Positions 18,684-28,416 of a stretch of DNA of 64,000 nt are shown here, in pieces. The notes under the pieces are model-generated. The model had not been told where the DNA came from and made no database searches. It was given only the letters and a program-made list of their open reading frames with translations. The stretch comes from Fidelibacterota bacterium (GTDB lineage: Bacteria > Fidelibacterota > Marinisomatia > Marinisomatales > JACNKV01), in contig JACNKV010000084.1 of assembly GCA_014381855.1 (NCBI GenBank), positions 22,341 to 86,340 on the forward strand, written 5' to 3'. The position numbers and the translations under genes are program-made. How positions within the stretch are numbered: the stretch's first letter is position 1; the number at the start of each line of letters is the position of its first letter.

Positions 18684-20030
18684 TTACTCGTTTACTCGCA
18701 CACCTAAGATTTCTTTCTCGTATAGATCTCGCTGCAAGACAGCAAATTCACCCGGGTCGTTTTCAAATGGGATTGCTCCTCTCCCTGCACCGCCATGGAT
18801 AACCTCGACCTTTTTACCTTTATTATTCCGTAATTCATTTACAAGAAATAGCTGTTCACCATCAGGAGTGTAGATTGTAATCCTAGTATTTAGTTCAAGA
18901 CGATTTTTTATATCGAACCACAGTAAACCGGTTTCTTTATCCCACTTACATTCCATTCCAACCGGTTTTTTATAACGCTCTCGGGATCGGCTGTCAGTGT
19001 AATTTTGGCCAAATTCCTGAGGATTACGTGTATAATATCCCGTAGTATATTCGCGATTTGACAATGCCATTAAGTCCTTCAAAATAGAGCTGTCAAATGG
19101 TTTATTTTTCGCCAAAACGTCCAATGCTTTACGATAAGCCCGAGCGGACATTGCCGCATAATACTCTGATTTCGTCCGGCCTTCGATTTTTACACTCATC
19201 ACTCCGGCATTCCGAATGTCTTCGAGTAGCTCCACCGCACATAGGTCTTTTGCGTTGAACATATAGGTTCCGCTCTCATCTTCTTCCACTGGATAGTGCT
19301 GCCCTGTTCGCTCGTTCTCTTCTAAATAATAACCACTCGGAGAAACATACTTTTTCTTATCTGAACCGGATATTTGGTGTTTTTCTTGTTCTAATAATGA
19401 CGGTGTTTCTTGACCAAATTTATAATCCCAGCGACAGGAGTTTGTACATGTCCCCTGGTTTGCATCTCGGTGATTCATATAGTTGGAAATTAAGCAGCGA
19501 CCTGAGTAAGCAATGCAAATCGCTCCATGCACGAATGATTCAAGGTCAATATCCGGAACGTTGCGATGAATCTCCTCAATCTCCTTTAACCGAAGTTCTC
19601 TCGGTAAAATGATACGCTGAACTCCGAGATCCTGCCAAAATTCCACGGTAGTCCAATTGGTTGCATTCGCTTGAGTAGAGAGATGCACAGGAATATCCGG
19701 AATACGTTTCAATGCTTGATTAATCAGACCGGGATCTGCCATAATCAACCCATCCGGTTCCCACTCTACAATTTTTTCAAGTTCACGGATGAACCCATCC
19801 ACCTTCATATTATGAGCAAAAATATTTAGCGTAAGATACACTTTTTTTCCGCGTTCATGTGCATACGTAATTCCCTCTATCAGTGAGGTTTCACGAAAGT
19901 CATTTTCCCGTGTTCTGAGAGAATATTTTGGGATTCCGGCATAAACAGCATCTGCGCCATAAGCAATGGCATATTTTAGTTTTGCAAGTCCTCCTGCCGG
20001 AGCAAGAAGCTCAGGGACAATACCTTTCAC
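18684..20030 (-). CDS. Peptidase U32 family protein
   Basis: ELLAPAGGLAKLKYAIAYGADAVYAG; SVKIEGRTKSEYYAAMSARAYRKALD. Confidence 0.9.
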   Translation of the reverse strand: MKGIVPELLAPAGGLAKLKYAIAYGADAVYAGIPKYSLRTRENDFRETSLIEGITYAHERGKKVYLTLNIFAHNMKVDGFIRELEKIVEWEPDGLIMADPGLINQALKRIPDIPVHLSTQANATNWTTVEFWQDLGVQRIILPRELRLKEIEEIHRNVPDIDLESFVHGAICIAYSGRCLISNYMNHRDANQGTCTNSCRWDYKFGQETPSLLEQEKHQISGSDKKKYVSPSGYYLEENERTGQHYPVEEDESGTYMFNAKDLCAVELLEDIRNAGVMSVKIEGRTKSEYYAAMSARAYRKALDVLAKNKPFDSSILKDLMALSNREYTTGYYTRNPQEFGQNYTDSRSRERYKKPVGMECKWDKETGLLWFDIKNRLELNTRITIYTPDGEQLFLVNELRNNKGKKVEVIHGGAGRGAIPFENDPGEFAVLQRDLYEKEILGVRVNE

Positions 20031-20032
20031 AC

Positions 20033-20479
20033 CTATTTCGGTAACGGATGTAAGAATTTTCTCTGTGCTTTCAGCAAAAGTAAGTCTGCTTTTTTCTGCT
20101 CGTCATCCTGAGAAAGAGAAACTATTCTGAGAGCTTCGATTAACGAAATATTGGAATTGTCATATCCTGCGTATAATGCATCCATGTGACGGGTGATGAG
20201 CACAAGATCATAACCAACATTTTGGCTTAAGTGTTCATCAACAATTTCATAAAACCGTTCAATATAGTAAGGTTCAACCCATCCCGGCTGTTGGTTGTAT
20301 TGCTTCTTGACTTCACGCAAATGATGAGCCTTCATCGATGAGATCGCTCCATACGCTCCGTTGACAAATGCAATTTTGTCTGACTGATCCAAACTATTCC
20401 AATAATCCGCCGGTGTTGTTTTCGCGATAGAAACTTGGCACATAAGCAAAAACAAAATGGCTAACAATTTAAGTTTCAT
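20033..20479 (-). CDS. Hypothetical secreted protein
   Basis: 148 aa ORF with signal peptide MKLKLLAILFLLMCQVSIA, tightly packed between nadE and the U32 peptidase gene. Confidence 0.5.
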   Translation of the reverse strand: MKLKLLAILFLLMCQVSIAKTTPADYWNSLDQSDKIAFVNGAYGAISSMKAHHLREVKKQYNQQPGWVEPYYIERFYEIVDEHLSQNVGYDLVLITRHMDALYAGYDNSNISLIEALRIVSLSQDDEQKKADLLLLKAQRKFLHPLPK

Positions 20480-22109
20480 CCTTTACCTCCGAAAGTGTTT
20501 TATTTCCTGTATAATGATTGACCATCGGGATTCGTCTCCCTGTGCCAAACGCCTTGCCACTCACTCGCAATCCGGGTGCTGCTTGGCGTCGTTTATACTC
20601 ATTTATCCGAATTCGCTGATAAAGATCATAAACCAAGTCAGGGTCGGCTCCATCAGAAATTAGCTGATCTATTCCCGTGTGATCTTCAACAAGTGCATCT
20701 ACGATTGGGCTGACAATTTCATAGTCAAAGGGGTCAACTTGACCCGGTTTAAGCTCAGCAGACGGCGGTTTATTTATACTGTTTTCAGGGATACGATCAT
20801 ACCCCGCTGATTTATTTACCCATTGTGAAATCGCATAAACGTCAGTTTTTGACAAATCAGAGATAACAGACAATCCACCGCTCATATCTCCATATAGCGT
20901 GCAATAGCCAAGTGCTAATTCTGTTTTATTGCCGGTGGATAATACCATCCAGCCAAATTTATTCGATAACGCCATCAATAGATTTCCGCGCGACCGAGCT
21001 TGGATGTTCTCTTCAGCAATCCCGGATTCTGTTCCTGTAAAAAGTTTGTGCAATGTCTCATCAAATGTTGTAACAATATCTTCAATTGGGATGGTGTGAT
21101 AATCTATGCCAAGGTGTTTTGCGAGTGTATAAGCATCATTGGTACTGTGATTGCTGGAATATTTGGAAGGCATAGACACGCCATGCACATGATCGGCTCC
21201 CAAAGCATCGGTGGCAATACAGGCAACGAGAGCAGAATCAATTCCGCCGCTGAGACCCAATACTGCATCGGAATGCCCGGTTTTATGGAAATAATCGCTC
21301 ACGCCCAAACAAAGAGCGCGATACATTTTTTCTTCACGACATTTTTTTGGAATATTTTTTGTCTCCACAGATGATGTATCTACAATCAATATATTCTCTT
21401 CAAATGCTTTTCCAAGGGCAACGATTTTCCCGTCTGCATTCATCGCAATGGATTCACCATCAAAAATCAGTTCATCTTGTCCCCCTACCAAATTGCAGTA
21501 ATAAAACGGAAGGTTTGTCACGGCATTTTTTTCTCGCAGTAAGGTAAGTCGCTCCTCTAATCTTCCCTCATGATAAGGCGATGCAGAAATATTTATCACC
21601 ATTTCCGCGCCGCCGTCCGCCAGCAGTTGGGACACGTTTACATCATAATCTTTATCCCAAAGGTCTTCACAAATCTGTATACCAACTTTTTTGGTTTCAG
21701 AACCTATCTTTACTGGCCATATCCCGGGTTCCTTTCCATGAGTAAAATAGCGATCTTCATCAAATACATCATAGGTTGGTAATAATATTTTATCATAAAC
21801 ATGCTCTATGTGACCGTTGCTACACAATACAGCACTATTATAAATCTTATTTCCATCACGGCGTACACCACCTAAAATAATGGGAATCGTTGATGTATTA
21901 GCGACGGCTTCCAACACAGACCAATTTCTGGTGATAAATCCGGGTTCCCATAATAAATCCTGAGGAGGATATCCGATGGTTGTCAACTCCGGAAAGACAA
22001 CTAATTCTGCTCCTTGTTTGATCGCTTTCTCATAATAATCAAATATCTTCTTCTGATTATTTTCAAAATCTCCACCCGTCGTGTTGATTTGGCAAAGAGC
22101 AATCTTCAT
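20469..22109 (-). CDS. nadE: Glutamine-dependent NAD+ synthase; start placed at MKIALCQINTT inside ORF 20469..22136
   Basis: Nitrilase domain MKIALCQINTTGGDFENN..GVQICEDLWD; synthetase AVLGLSGGIDSALVACIA; LSTGNKTELALGYCTLYGDMSGG. Confidence 0.95.
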   Translation of the reverse strand: MKIALCQINTTGGDFENNQKKIFDYYEKAIKQGAELVVFPELTTIGYPPQDLLWEPGFITRNWSVLEAVANTSTIPIILGGVRRDGNKIYNSAVLCSNGHIEHVYDKILLPTYDVFDEDRYFTHGKEPGIWPVKIGSETKKVGIQICEDLWDKDYDVNVSQLLADGGAEMVINISASPYHEGRLEERLTLLREKNAVTNLPFYYCNLVGGQDELIFDGESIAMNADGKIVALGKAFEENILIVDTSSVETKNIPKKCREEKMYRALCLGVSDYFHKTGHSDAVLGLSGGIDSALVACIATDALGADHVHGVSMPSKYSSNHSTNDAYTLAKHLGIDYHTIPIEDIVTTFDETLHKLFTGTESGIAEENIQARSRGNLLMALSNKFGWMVLSTGNKTELALGYCTLYGDMSGGLSVISDLSKTDVYAISQWVNKSAGYDRIPENSINKPPSAELKPGQVDPFDYEIVSPIVDALVEDHTGIDQLISDGADPDLVYDLYQRIRINEYKRRQAAPGLRVSGKAFGTGRRIPMVNHYTGNKTLSEVKDET

Positions 22110-22252
22110 GACTAAGTCTATTCCAAAAACCGCCACTTAAGGCTAATTTTCGCTAATGACGAAATACTATCTCCACAGATATAATTACTTATGATTTTCA
22201 GATTGTGTTTATTTTTACTTTTTTGGAATAAACTCATGATTGAAACATTCGG

Positions 22253-22531
22253 CTAATATTGAATGTAAAATCCTTTTTCAAGATGATCGGGTTTTTCCCA
22301 TTTTACTGACACATCATCCACTTGGGACAATTCAGGTCCTACAGTGAGATAGTGAATCAATTTTCCAATCTGAGGTCTGCTGCCTGTCACCTCAGTATAA
22401 ACGGTTCCATCCGATTGATTCTTTACCCATCCATTCAGCTTTAATTCTCTGGCAATATTACGTGTAAACGCTCGAAACCACACGCCATGGACTCGTCCTT
22501 TTACAGTGATTTTTGCCAACATTTGTTTCAT
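22253..22531 (-). CDS. acyP: Acylphosphatase
   Basis: VKGRVHGVWFRAFTRNIARELKLNGWVKNQSDGTVY. Confidence 0.93.
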   Translation of the reverse strand: MKQMLAKITVKGRVHGVWFRAFTRNIARELKLNGWVKNQSDGTVYTEVTGSRPQIGKLIHYLTVGPELSQVDDVSVKWEKPDHLEKGFYIQY

Positions 22532-22537
22532 TTTTGT

Positions 22538-22993
22538 CTATTTAGTAAGAAGTGTTTTAACTTTTGTAATTACATCCAATGGTGATTCGGCGACTGTGAT
22601 TTCATCCATGGGCCATGTTTTAAAACCAACAACTGGTTTTTCAGTTTGAAGGGCATAAGCAATTTCACTCAAAGTTCCGTAATGTCCGGAGACCGCCACA
22701 GCAACATCACAATTATATGCTAATAAGGCATTTCTAGCTAGTCCTATTCCAGTGGCAACAGGTATTGTTATATACCCATTTCCCTCTTTTGGATCCGTTC
22801 CTTTAAGGATTCCAATGCATGTCCCGTTTTTTTCTTTCACGCCTTTGGCAATAGCTTCCATCACTCCCTTCGCTCCTCCACAAAACACCAGCCAATTTTC
22901 ATTTGCCATCAACCGACCGAGTTCCACCGTTTCAGCATATATTTCATCAGAGATATCTCGTCCGCCAAACACAGAGATTTTGGCTTTAAACAT
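22538..22993 (-). CDS. TIGR00725/LOG-like nucleotide-binding protein
   Basis: ISVFGGRDISDE..LVFCGGAKGVMEAIAKGV..GIGLARNALLAYNCDVAVAVSGHYGTLSEIAYAL. Confidence 0.75.
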   Translation of the reverse strand: MFKAKISVFGGRDISDEIYAETVELGRLMANENWLVFCGGAKGVMEAIAKGVKEKNGTCIGILKGTDPKEGNGYITIPVATGIGLARNALLAYNCDVAVAVSGHYGTLSEIAYALQTEKPVVGFKTWPMDEITVAESPLDVITKVKTLLTK

Positions 22994-22998
22994 TTTAC

Positions 22999-24291
22999 TT
23001 AGGGCTCCAATCGAGTAATGGTTCTTGGGAAGGGGATGGTTTCACGAACATGCTTTGTTCCACTTATCCATGCGACGGTACGTTCAATACCCAATCCAAA
23101 ACCGGCGTGAGGCACCGATCCGTATTTTCTAAGATCTAAATACCACTCGAACGGCTTCATCGGAAGGTCATGGTGCAGAATTCGACTCACCAGCACTTCT
23201 AGGTCATCTTCTCGTTGTCCGCCTCCGACAATTTCGCCATACCCTTCGGGTGCAATCATGTCTACACCCAACGCCAAAGCATCATTTTCCGGGTCACGTT
23301 TCATATAAAATGGCTTCACATCTGCCGGCCAGCGATGACCCATCCCCGGGCGGTTGAATTGCTCAGAGATAACGGTTTCATCCTTTCCTCAAAAGTCACC
23401 GCCATATTGAAAATCAACACCATTTTTCCTTAAAATATCAACGGCATCGTCATAGGTAATTCTTGGAAAAGGTGGAATAACTTTCTCTAATGTTGACGTA
23501 TCACGTTCCAATGTTTCTAATTCTGTTTTGCAATGTTCAAGACACCATTTGACAACGTATGATACATATTTTTCCGCCCAATCCATATCTTGGTCTAAAT
23601 TACAATACGCCATTTCGGGTTCAATCATCCAAAATTCGGTAAGATGACGACGTGTTTTCGATTTTTCTGCCCTGAAAGTAGGTCCGAAACAATAGACTTT
23701 TCCAAACGCCATCGCCCCAGCTTCCTGATACAATTGTCCGCTCTGAGTCAAAAAGGCTGAACGATCAAAATACCCAAGTTCGAAGAGGTCCGTCGTCCCT
23801 TCAACAGCATTTGCCGTGAGAATCGGTGAGTCCACCAACGTAAATCCATGTTGATCAAAAAAGTCTCTACTTGCTTTCACAACTTGATGACGAATCCGTA
23901 TAATCGCATGTTGTTTTTTTGATCTTAACCAGAGGTGTCTGTGGTTCATTAGAAAATCGGTTCCATGCTCCTTAGGAGAGATTGGATATTCCTTTGCAAT
24001 TTGATGAACACGAATGGATGTTACTCCCAACTCATATCCGCCGGGGGCTCTTGGTTCTTTTCGTACGATTCCGAATACGGTAACCGAGGATTCTTGCGTC
24101 AAGCTGCTTTCCAATTGGAACACATCCGGTTCAACTTCCTTTTTAACAACGACACATTGTAAAAGTCCTGTACCGTCACGGAGAATCATAAACCAAATTT
24201 TTCCAATGGATCGCAGATTGTAGACCCATCCGTTAAGAGAGACTTCCTTATTTTCGACCTTATAAAGATCTTTGATATTAACTGATGTCAT
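22999..24291 (-). CDS. asnS: Asparaginyl-tRNA synthetase interrupted by one in-frame TGA at 23389-23391
   Basis: ORF 23389..24291 (N-term through [11 protein letters not shown]) and ORF 22999..23343 ([29 protein letters not shown]) are in the same frame; bridge reads [22 protein letters not shown]. Confidence 0.93.
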
Positions 24292-24392
24292 AAATGCTTC
24301 CTAGTTTACGTCACAATGGGCAAAAGGTTAGCTATGCTGAATAAAAATCTATGCATGCGAATCAAATCAATTCCACTACTGTTTTCAAATAA

Positions 24393-24427
24393 AATGCCCT
24401 CATTCCTATTACCGGCATGAGGGCATT
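24393..24427 (-). terminator. Rho-independent terminator downstream of rplS
   Basis: Perfect 11-bp stem AATGCCCTCAT/ATGAGGGCATT, 13-nt loop, followed on the minus strand by TTTATTTG. Confidence 0.85.
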
Positions 24428-24446
24428 AGTGTATGAATCATATTTA

Positions 24447-24788
24447 CTACCGTTTTTCAGTAATACGCGCAGCTTTACCGGTCAGTTTGCGAAGATAATT
24501 CAGTTTAGCTCTGCGTACTTTTCCGCGTCGCACCACTGACAAGGAGGAAATCATGGGTGTATGTAGTGGAAAAATTCTTTCCACACCTACTCCGCCTGAG
24601 ATTTTTCTCACCGTGAAGGTTTCTCCAACACCACTTCCTTTTCGTCCTATTACAACCCCTTGATACTGCTGGATTCTTTCTTTTCCACCTTCAACAACAC
24701 GAAAATCTATCATGACAGTGTCTCCGGGGGAAAATTCCGGGATATCTGTGCGTAAATACTCTTTTGTTGCTTCTTGTAATTTATTCAT
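24447..24788 (-). CDS. rplS: 50S ribosomal protein L19
   Basis: [47 protein letters not shown]. Confidence 0.98.
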   Translation of the reverse strand: MNKLQEATKEYLRTDIPEFSPGDTVMIDFRVVEGGKERIQQYQGVVIGRKGSGVGETFTVRKISGGVGVERIFPLHTPMISSLSVVRRGKVRRAKLNYLRKLTGKAARITEKR

Positions 24789-25509
24789 TTTCTTTCTCCG
24801 AAGTTTTCTCTTTTTTTAAATATTCTTTCCACATAATAGGACGGTGTATTTTTGTCCGTTCTATTCTATGCTTCATACGCCATTCTTCAATTTTTTTATG
24901 ATGACCTTCCAGTAGTACATCCGGAACGGACATCCCTTCGATTTCTCTCGGTCTCGTGTAATGCGGCCCATCCAAAAGATCAGCCGCAAATGAATCTGTC
25001 ATAGCAGATTCGTATGTATTCAACACACCGGGGATCAATCTTACGATACTGTCTATCATCAAAAGTGCGGGTAATTCCCCGCTTGTAACCACAAAATCAC
25101 CTATGGAATATTCATGAGTCACATACTTCTTAATCACTCTTTCATCCACACCTTTGTAATGACCACAAATGTAAATGAGCTTTTCAACCTCCGCATTTTC
25201 TAATGCGGTTTCATGCGTCCATTGTTCACCTAACGGTGTCGGATAGACAACCCTAATACCGCTATCATCACCCATCTTTTGGATTGAATAATCCAATGCT
25301 TTAAACAGCGGTTCCGGCATCATGACCATTCCGCTACCACCCCCAAAGGGTTCATCGTCCACCTGTCGATAGTTCCCCTCGGAATAATCCCTGAGTGAAA
25401 CCACATGAAATTCAACGATTGATTTATCAACCGCCCGTCTAAGCATGCTATTTTGAATCAGACTTGTGATGCTCTCAGGGACGGGTGTAATAATGGCGAT
25501 CTGCTTCAA
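24781..25509 (-). CDS. trmD: tRNA (guanine-N1)-methyltransferase
   Basis: [18 protein letters not shown]; [13 protein letters not shown]; [31 protein letters not shown]. Confidence 0.97.
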   Translation of the reverse strand: MKQIAIITPVPESITSLIQNSMLRRAVDKSIVEFHVVSLRDYSEGNYRQVDDEPFGGGSGMVMMPEPLFKALDYSIQKMGDDSGIRVVYPTPLGEQWTHETALENAEVEKLIYICGHYKGVDERVIKKYVTHEYSIGDFVVTSGELPALLMIDSIVRLIPGVLNTYESAMTDSFAADLLDGPHYTRPREIEGMSVPDVLLEGHHKKIEEWRMKHRIERTKIHRPIMWKEYLKKEKTSEKENE

Positions 25510-26006
25510 CCAAGCAAACCGTCCACCGGAGAGATGAGAATCACACCTGACTCGACATCTACCTTCTTCACAATTTCCGGGATAACGGGGATTAACATTT
25601 CACGACTCCCATCGCGAATTACGTAGATATCGTTTGAAGGTAGCCATAATATTTCCGCCAGCTCACCCACAATTTTTCCCGTATCGGTTACCACAACAAA
25701 TCCAATAATGTCTCCGGAAATCCAGAGTATCTTATCAGAATCCGGCACAGATGCAAAAATCACCTGGCCAATCATGGACTCTGCTTCATCCCTGCTGTCT
25801 ATTCCCTCGAAGTGATACCGTGTTTGTTTGCCTGCACCCACAGACTCTTTTAACAGTATTTGTCGACTCAATTCTTCTGTTTCTCCAAGAAACAGAGGTT
25901 TATTAAGGACATAATCATTAAAGTACCGGGAGAGCGGACGAACTTTAACTTCACCTTTTAATCCCGCCGGTTTTGTAATCCGTGCAATAGCAAACAGTTT
26001 TTTCAT
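25506..26006 (-). CDS. rimM: Ribosome maturation factor RimM
   Basis: FAIARITKPAGLKGEVKVRPLS..MLIPVIPEIVKKVD. Confidence 0.92.
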   Translation of the reverse strand: MKKLFAIARITKPAGLKGEVKVRPLSRYFNDYVLNKPLFLGETEELSRQILLKESVGAGKQTRYHFEGIDSRDEAESMIGQVIFASVPDSDKILWISGDIIGFVVVTDTGKIVGELAEILWLPSNDIYVIRDGSREMLIPVIPEIVKKVDVESGVILISPVDGLLG

Positions 26007-26266
26007 TTTTGATCAATCACATCAAGTCGGGCTCGTTTACCGCCCTGTTTAGCATTAATCGCAAAGACAAGCGATCTGAGAGCAGAGATATTCCGTCCCT
26101 TTTTCCCAATCACTTTTCCAAAATCACCATCACCTACAGTCAATTCATAGATAACCTGTTTCTCAGTCTCAACGATATTTACAGAAACTTCATCTGGCTT
26201 ATCCACCAGTTGCTTAATGACTGTTTCAATGAATTCCTGCATAGCATTTTCCTCCTTTGTCAGCAT
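26003..26266 (-). CDS. khpA: KH-domain RNA-binding protein (KhpA-like); start may be MQEFIE at 26242
   Basis: GKVIGKKGRNISALRSLVFAI KH motif, encoded between rimM and rpsP. Confidence 0.88.
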   Translation of the reverse strand: MLTKEENAMQEFIETVIKQLVDKPDEVSVNIVETEKQVIYELTVGDGDFGKVIGKKGRNISALRSLVFAINAKQGGKRARLDVIDQK

Positions 26267-26268
26267 TA

Positions 26269-26943
26269 CTACTCTTTGTCACCTTTTTTTTCAGCTTCTT
26301 CAGAATTTTCTTTTTCTGATTTTTCTGATTTTTTTTCATCTAAGGCTTTGTCGGTAACGTCTTTTTTCGAAGCAGATTCTTCTTTCGGTTTTTTTTCAGA
26401 GACAGGTTCTTCTTTAGTCTCGTCTTTTAATTCAGGTTTCTCTTCCGGCTTCTCACCCGTGGCAGGTTCTTCTGTTACCGCTTCAGGTTCTTCCGGTTTT
26501 TCACCCGAATCCTCCGCCAGTTCCGCTTTCGGTGCATCTGCATTTTTTTCCTCCGAAGTCTCTGCTTCCAGAGTAGCTTTCTTCTTTGGATCAGATTTCA
26601 GCTTCTTTTTCGCGTCTTCTTTATTCAAAGCCCATTTCTGCATTTCTTTTTCAATGTTTTTTTCGCTCATGCCCTGTCTCATAAGATGCCAGCGAAATGC
26701 TATACCTGCTCTTTTTAGCAGATGATGGGTAATATCACTGGTTTGAGCACCCTCACCCAACCAATACATGATTCTTTCCTCATTCAGCGAATAATTATTT
26801 TCTTTATCCGCGATAATCGGATCATACCAACCCAATTCCTCAATGGCTGCGCCATCTCTTCGTGTTCTTGTATCCATAACCACAAGACGATAAAAGGGTC
26901 TATTTCGTCTTCCAATTCTTTTTAGTCTGATTTTAGTCGCCAA
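26269..26943 (-). CDS. rpsP: 30S ribosomal protein S16 with long Glu/Lys-rich C-terminal extension
   Basis: MATKIRLKRIGRRNRPFYRLVVMDTRTRRDG..LGWYDP; ORF is 224 aa instead of roughly 80-120 aa. Confidence 0.96.
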   Translation of the reverse strand: MATKIRLKRIGRRNRPFYRLVVMDTRTRRDGAAIEELGWYDPIIADKENNYSLNEERIMYWLGEGAQTSDITHHLLKRAGIAFRWHLMRQGMSEKNIEKEMQKWALNKEDAKKKLKSDPKKKATLEAETSEEKNADAPKAELAEDSGEKPEEPEAVTEEPATGEKPEEKPELKDETKEEPVSEKKPKEESASKKDVTDKALDEKKSEKSEKENSEEAEKKGDKE

Positions 26944-26955
26944 TCTTATTCTCCT

Positions 26956-28302
26956 TTAATGTAATCCAATAAATTGACCTAAACCGCTGTGTTTACCCTG
27001 CAGCATAGGTGATTTCATTTTTCCCATTTTTTTCATCATTTTCTGCATATGCGAAAATTGCTTCAGCAGTTGATTGATTTCCTGAACCGAACGACCGCTA
27101 CCCTTAGCAATTCGATGTCGTCGGCTCCCATTGATGATGTGTGGCTCTGTTCGTTCTGCGGGTGTCATAGACTGGATAATCGCTTCCGTCCACACCATTT
27201 GCCGATCATCTATTTTAAGTCCTTTTAACATTTTTCTATTCATCCCGGGGATCATTCCCATCAATTGATCCAACGGACCCATATTTCTCAGCTGTCGCAA
27301 CTGCTTTTGAAAATCTTCTAAAGTAAATGTGTTTTCCTGCATTTTTTTCTGCAGGATTTTTGCTTCTTTCTCATCCATTGTGGTTTCCGCTTTTTCTACA
27401 AGCGTAACCACATCACCAAATCCAAAAATGCGGTCAACAATTCTCTTTGGATCAAAAGCGTCAAGACCATCCATTTTTTCTGACACACCAATAAATTTGA
27501 TAGGGACTCCGGTCACTTCCGTAATTGACACAGCCGCTCCACCTCGAGCATCTCCATCCATCTTAGTTAAAATCGTTCCGGTTAATTTTAAAGCTTTCGA
27601 AAATGCCAATGCAGACTGGACAGCATCCTGCCCCGTCATACCATCAACGACAAACAAAGTTTCGTCCGGAAGAGTTTCATCGGAGATGTTCTGGATTTCG
27701 GTCATCATTTCTCCATCCACATGTAACCGACCGGCGGTATCCATAATGACAACATCTACGTGTGTTTGACGCGCCTCTTGAAGAGCCTCCCGGCATATCT
27801 TAATCGGATCGATGGTTCCCAAAGAATACACAGGGATATCAATTTCATTACCTAAAACCGTTAATTGATCGATGGCAGCCGGGCGATAAACGTCAGCTGC
27901 AACAAGCATGACAGATTTACCCTGTTTTTTTAATCGATACGCCAACTTTGCACATGTTGTCGTTTTACCCGACCCTTGCAATCCTGCCATTAAAATAACC
28001 GTTGGTGGCAGATCAGAAATATTTAGTGTTTGAACATCCTTGCCAAGTAAATTGATGAGTTCCTGATAAATAATCTTAATAAAATGTTCACCGGGCTTTA
28101 CAGATTTAATAACCTTAGTTCCCTCGGCACGATCTTGTACACGTTTCATAAAATCGCGTGCGACATGGAAATTCACATCTGCATCAAGAAGCACCCTGCG
28201 GATTTCCCGCACGGTTTTATGGATGTTTGTATCCGTAATCTTTCCAAGTCCTCTGAGAGAACGAAAGATAGAATCAAATCTGTCTGTAAGTTGATTAAAC
28301 AC
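26956..28302 (-). CDS. ffh: Signal recognition particle protein Ffh (GTG start)
   Basis: VILMAGLQGSGKTTTCAKLA; VIMDTAGRLHVD; M-domain GPLDQLMGMIPGM. Confidence 0.97.
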   Translation of the reverse strand: MFNQLTDRFDSIFRSLRGLGKITDTNIHKTVREIRRVLLDADVNFHVARDFMKRVQDRAEGTKVIKSVKPGEHFIKIIYQELINLLGKDVQTLNISDLPPTVILMAGLQGSGKTTTCAKLAYRLKKQGKSVMLVAADVYRPAAIDQLTVLGNEIDIPVYSLGTIDPIKICREALQEARQTHVDVVIMDTAGRLHVDGEMMTEIQNISDETLPDETLFVVDGMTGQDAVQSALAFSKALKLTGTILTKMDGDARGGAAVSITEVTGVPIKFIGVSEKMDGLDAFDPKRIVDRIFGFGDVVTLVEKAETTMDEKEAKILQKKMQENTFTLEDFQKQLRQLRNMGPLDQLMGMIPGMNRKMLKGLKIDDRQMVWTEAIIQSMTPAERTEPHIINGSRRHRIAKGSGRSVQEINQLLKQFSHMQKMMKKMGKMKSPMLQGKHSGLGQFIGLH

Positions 28303-28327
28303 GGTTTTTTGGTTCTAGTTTAGCATG

Positions 28328-28358
28328 GAAAGTTAGAAGTATATTTCTTCTCAAACAA
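28328..28358 (-). promoter_or_regulatory. Candidate promoter TTG-N20-TAACTTTC upstream of ffh
   Basis: Minus strand TTG at 28358-28356, TAACTTTC at 28335-28328. Confidence 0.3.
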
Positions 28359-28416
28359 TTAAAATCGACGATAAATCGTTGAAAACGAATGCACAAACTA
28401 TATTCTTTCACGTGTG

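Noticed and set aside
22999-24291. Interpretation of split asnS as frameshift or two genes
   Set aside because: Both halves are in the same frame (45 nt apart, divisible by 3), and the interval translates to AsnRS sequence apart from a single TGA.
22999-24291. TGA=Gly genetic code (Gracilibacteria/SR1-like)
   Set aside because: Several genes here end in TGA with tight ATGA overlaps (8770..8773, alr stop at 6445), and only one internal TGA was found among conserved genes.
26009-26725. 238-aa plus-strand ORF rich in Ser/Phe (SSASSASGFSPVAGSSV)
   Set aside because: Exact antisense of the low-complexity Glu/Lys coding region of rpsP; the composition follows from the opposite strand. No independent evidence for expression.
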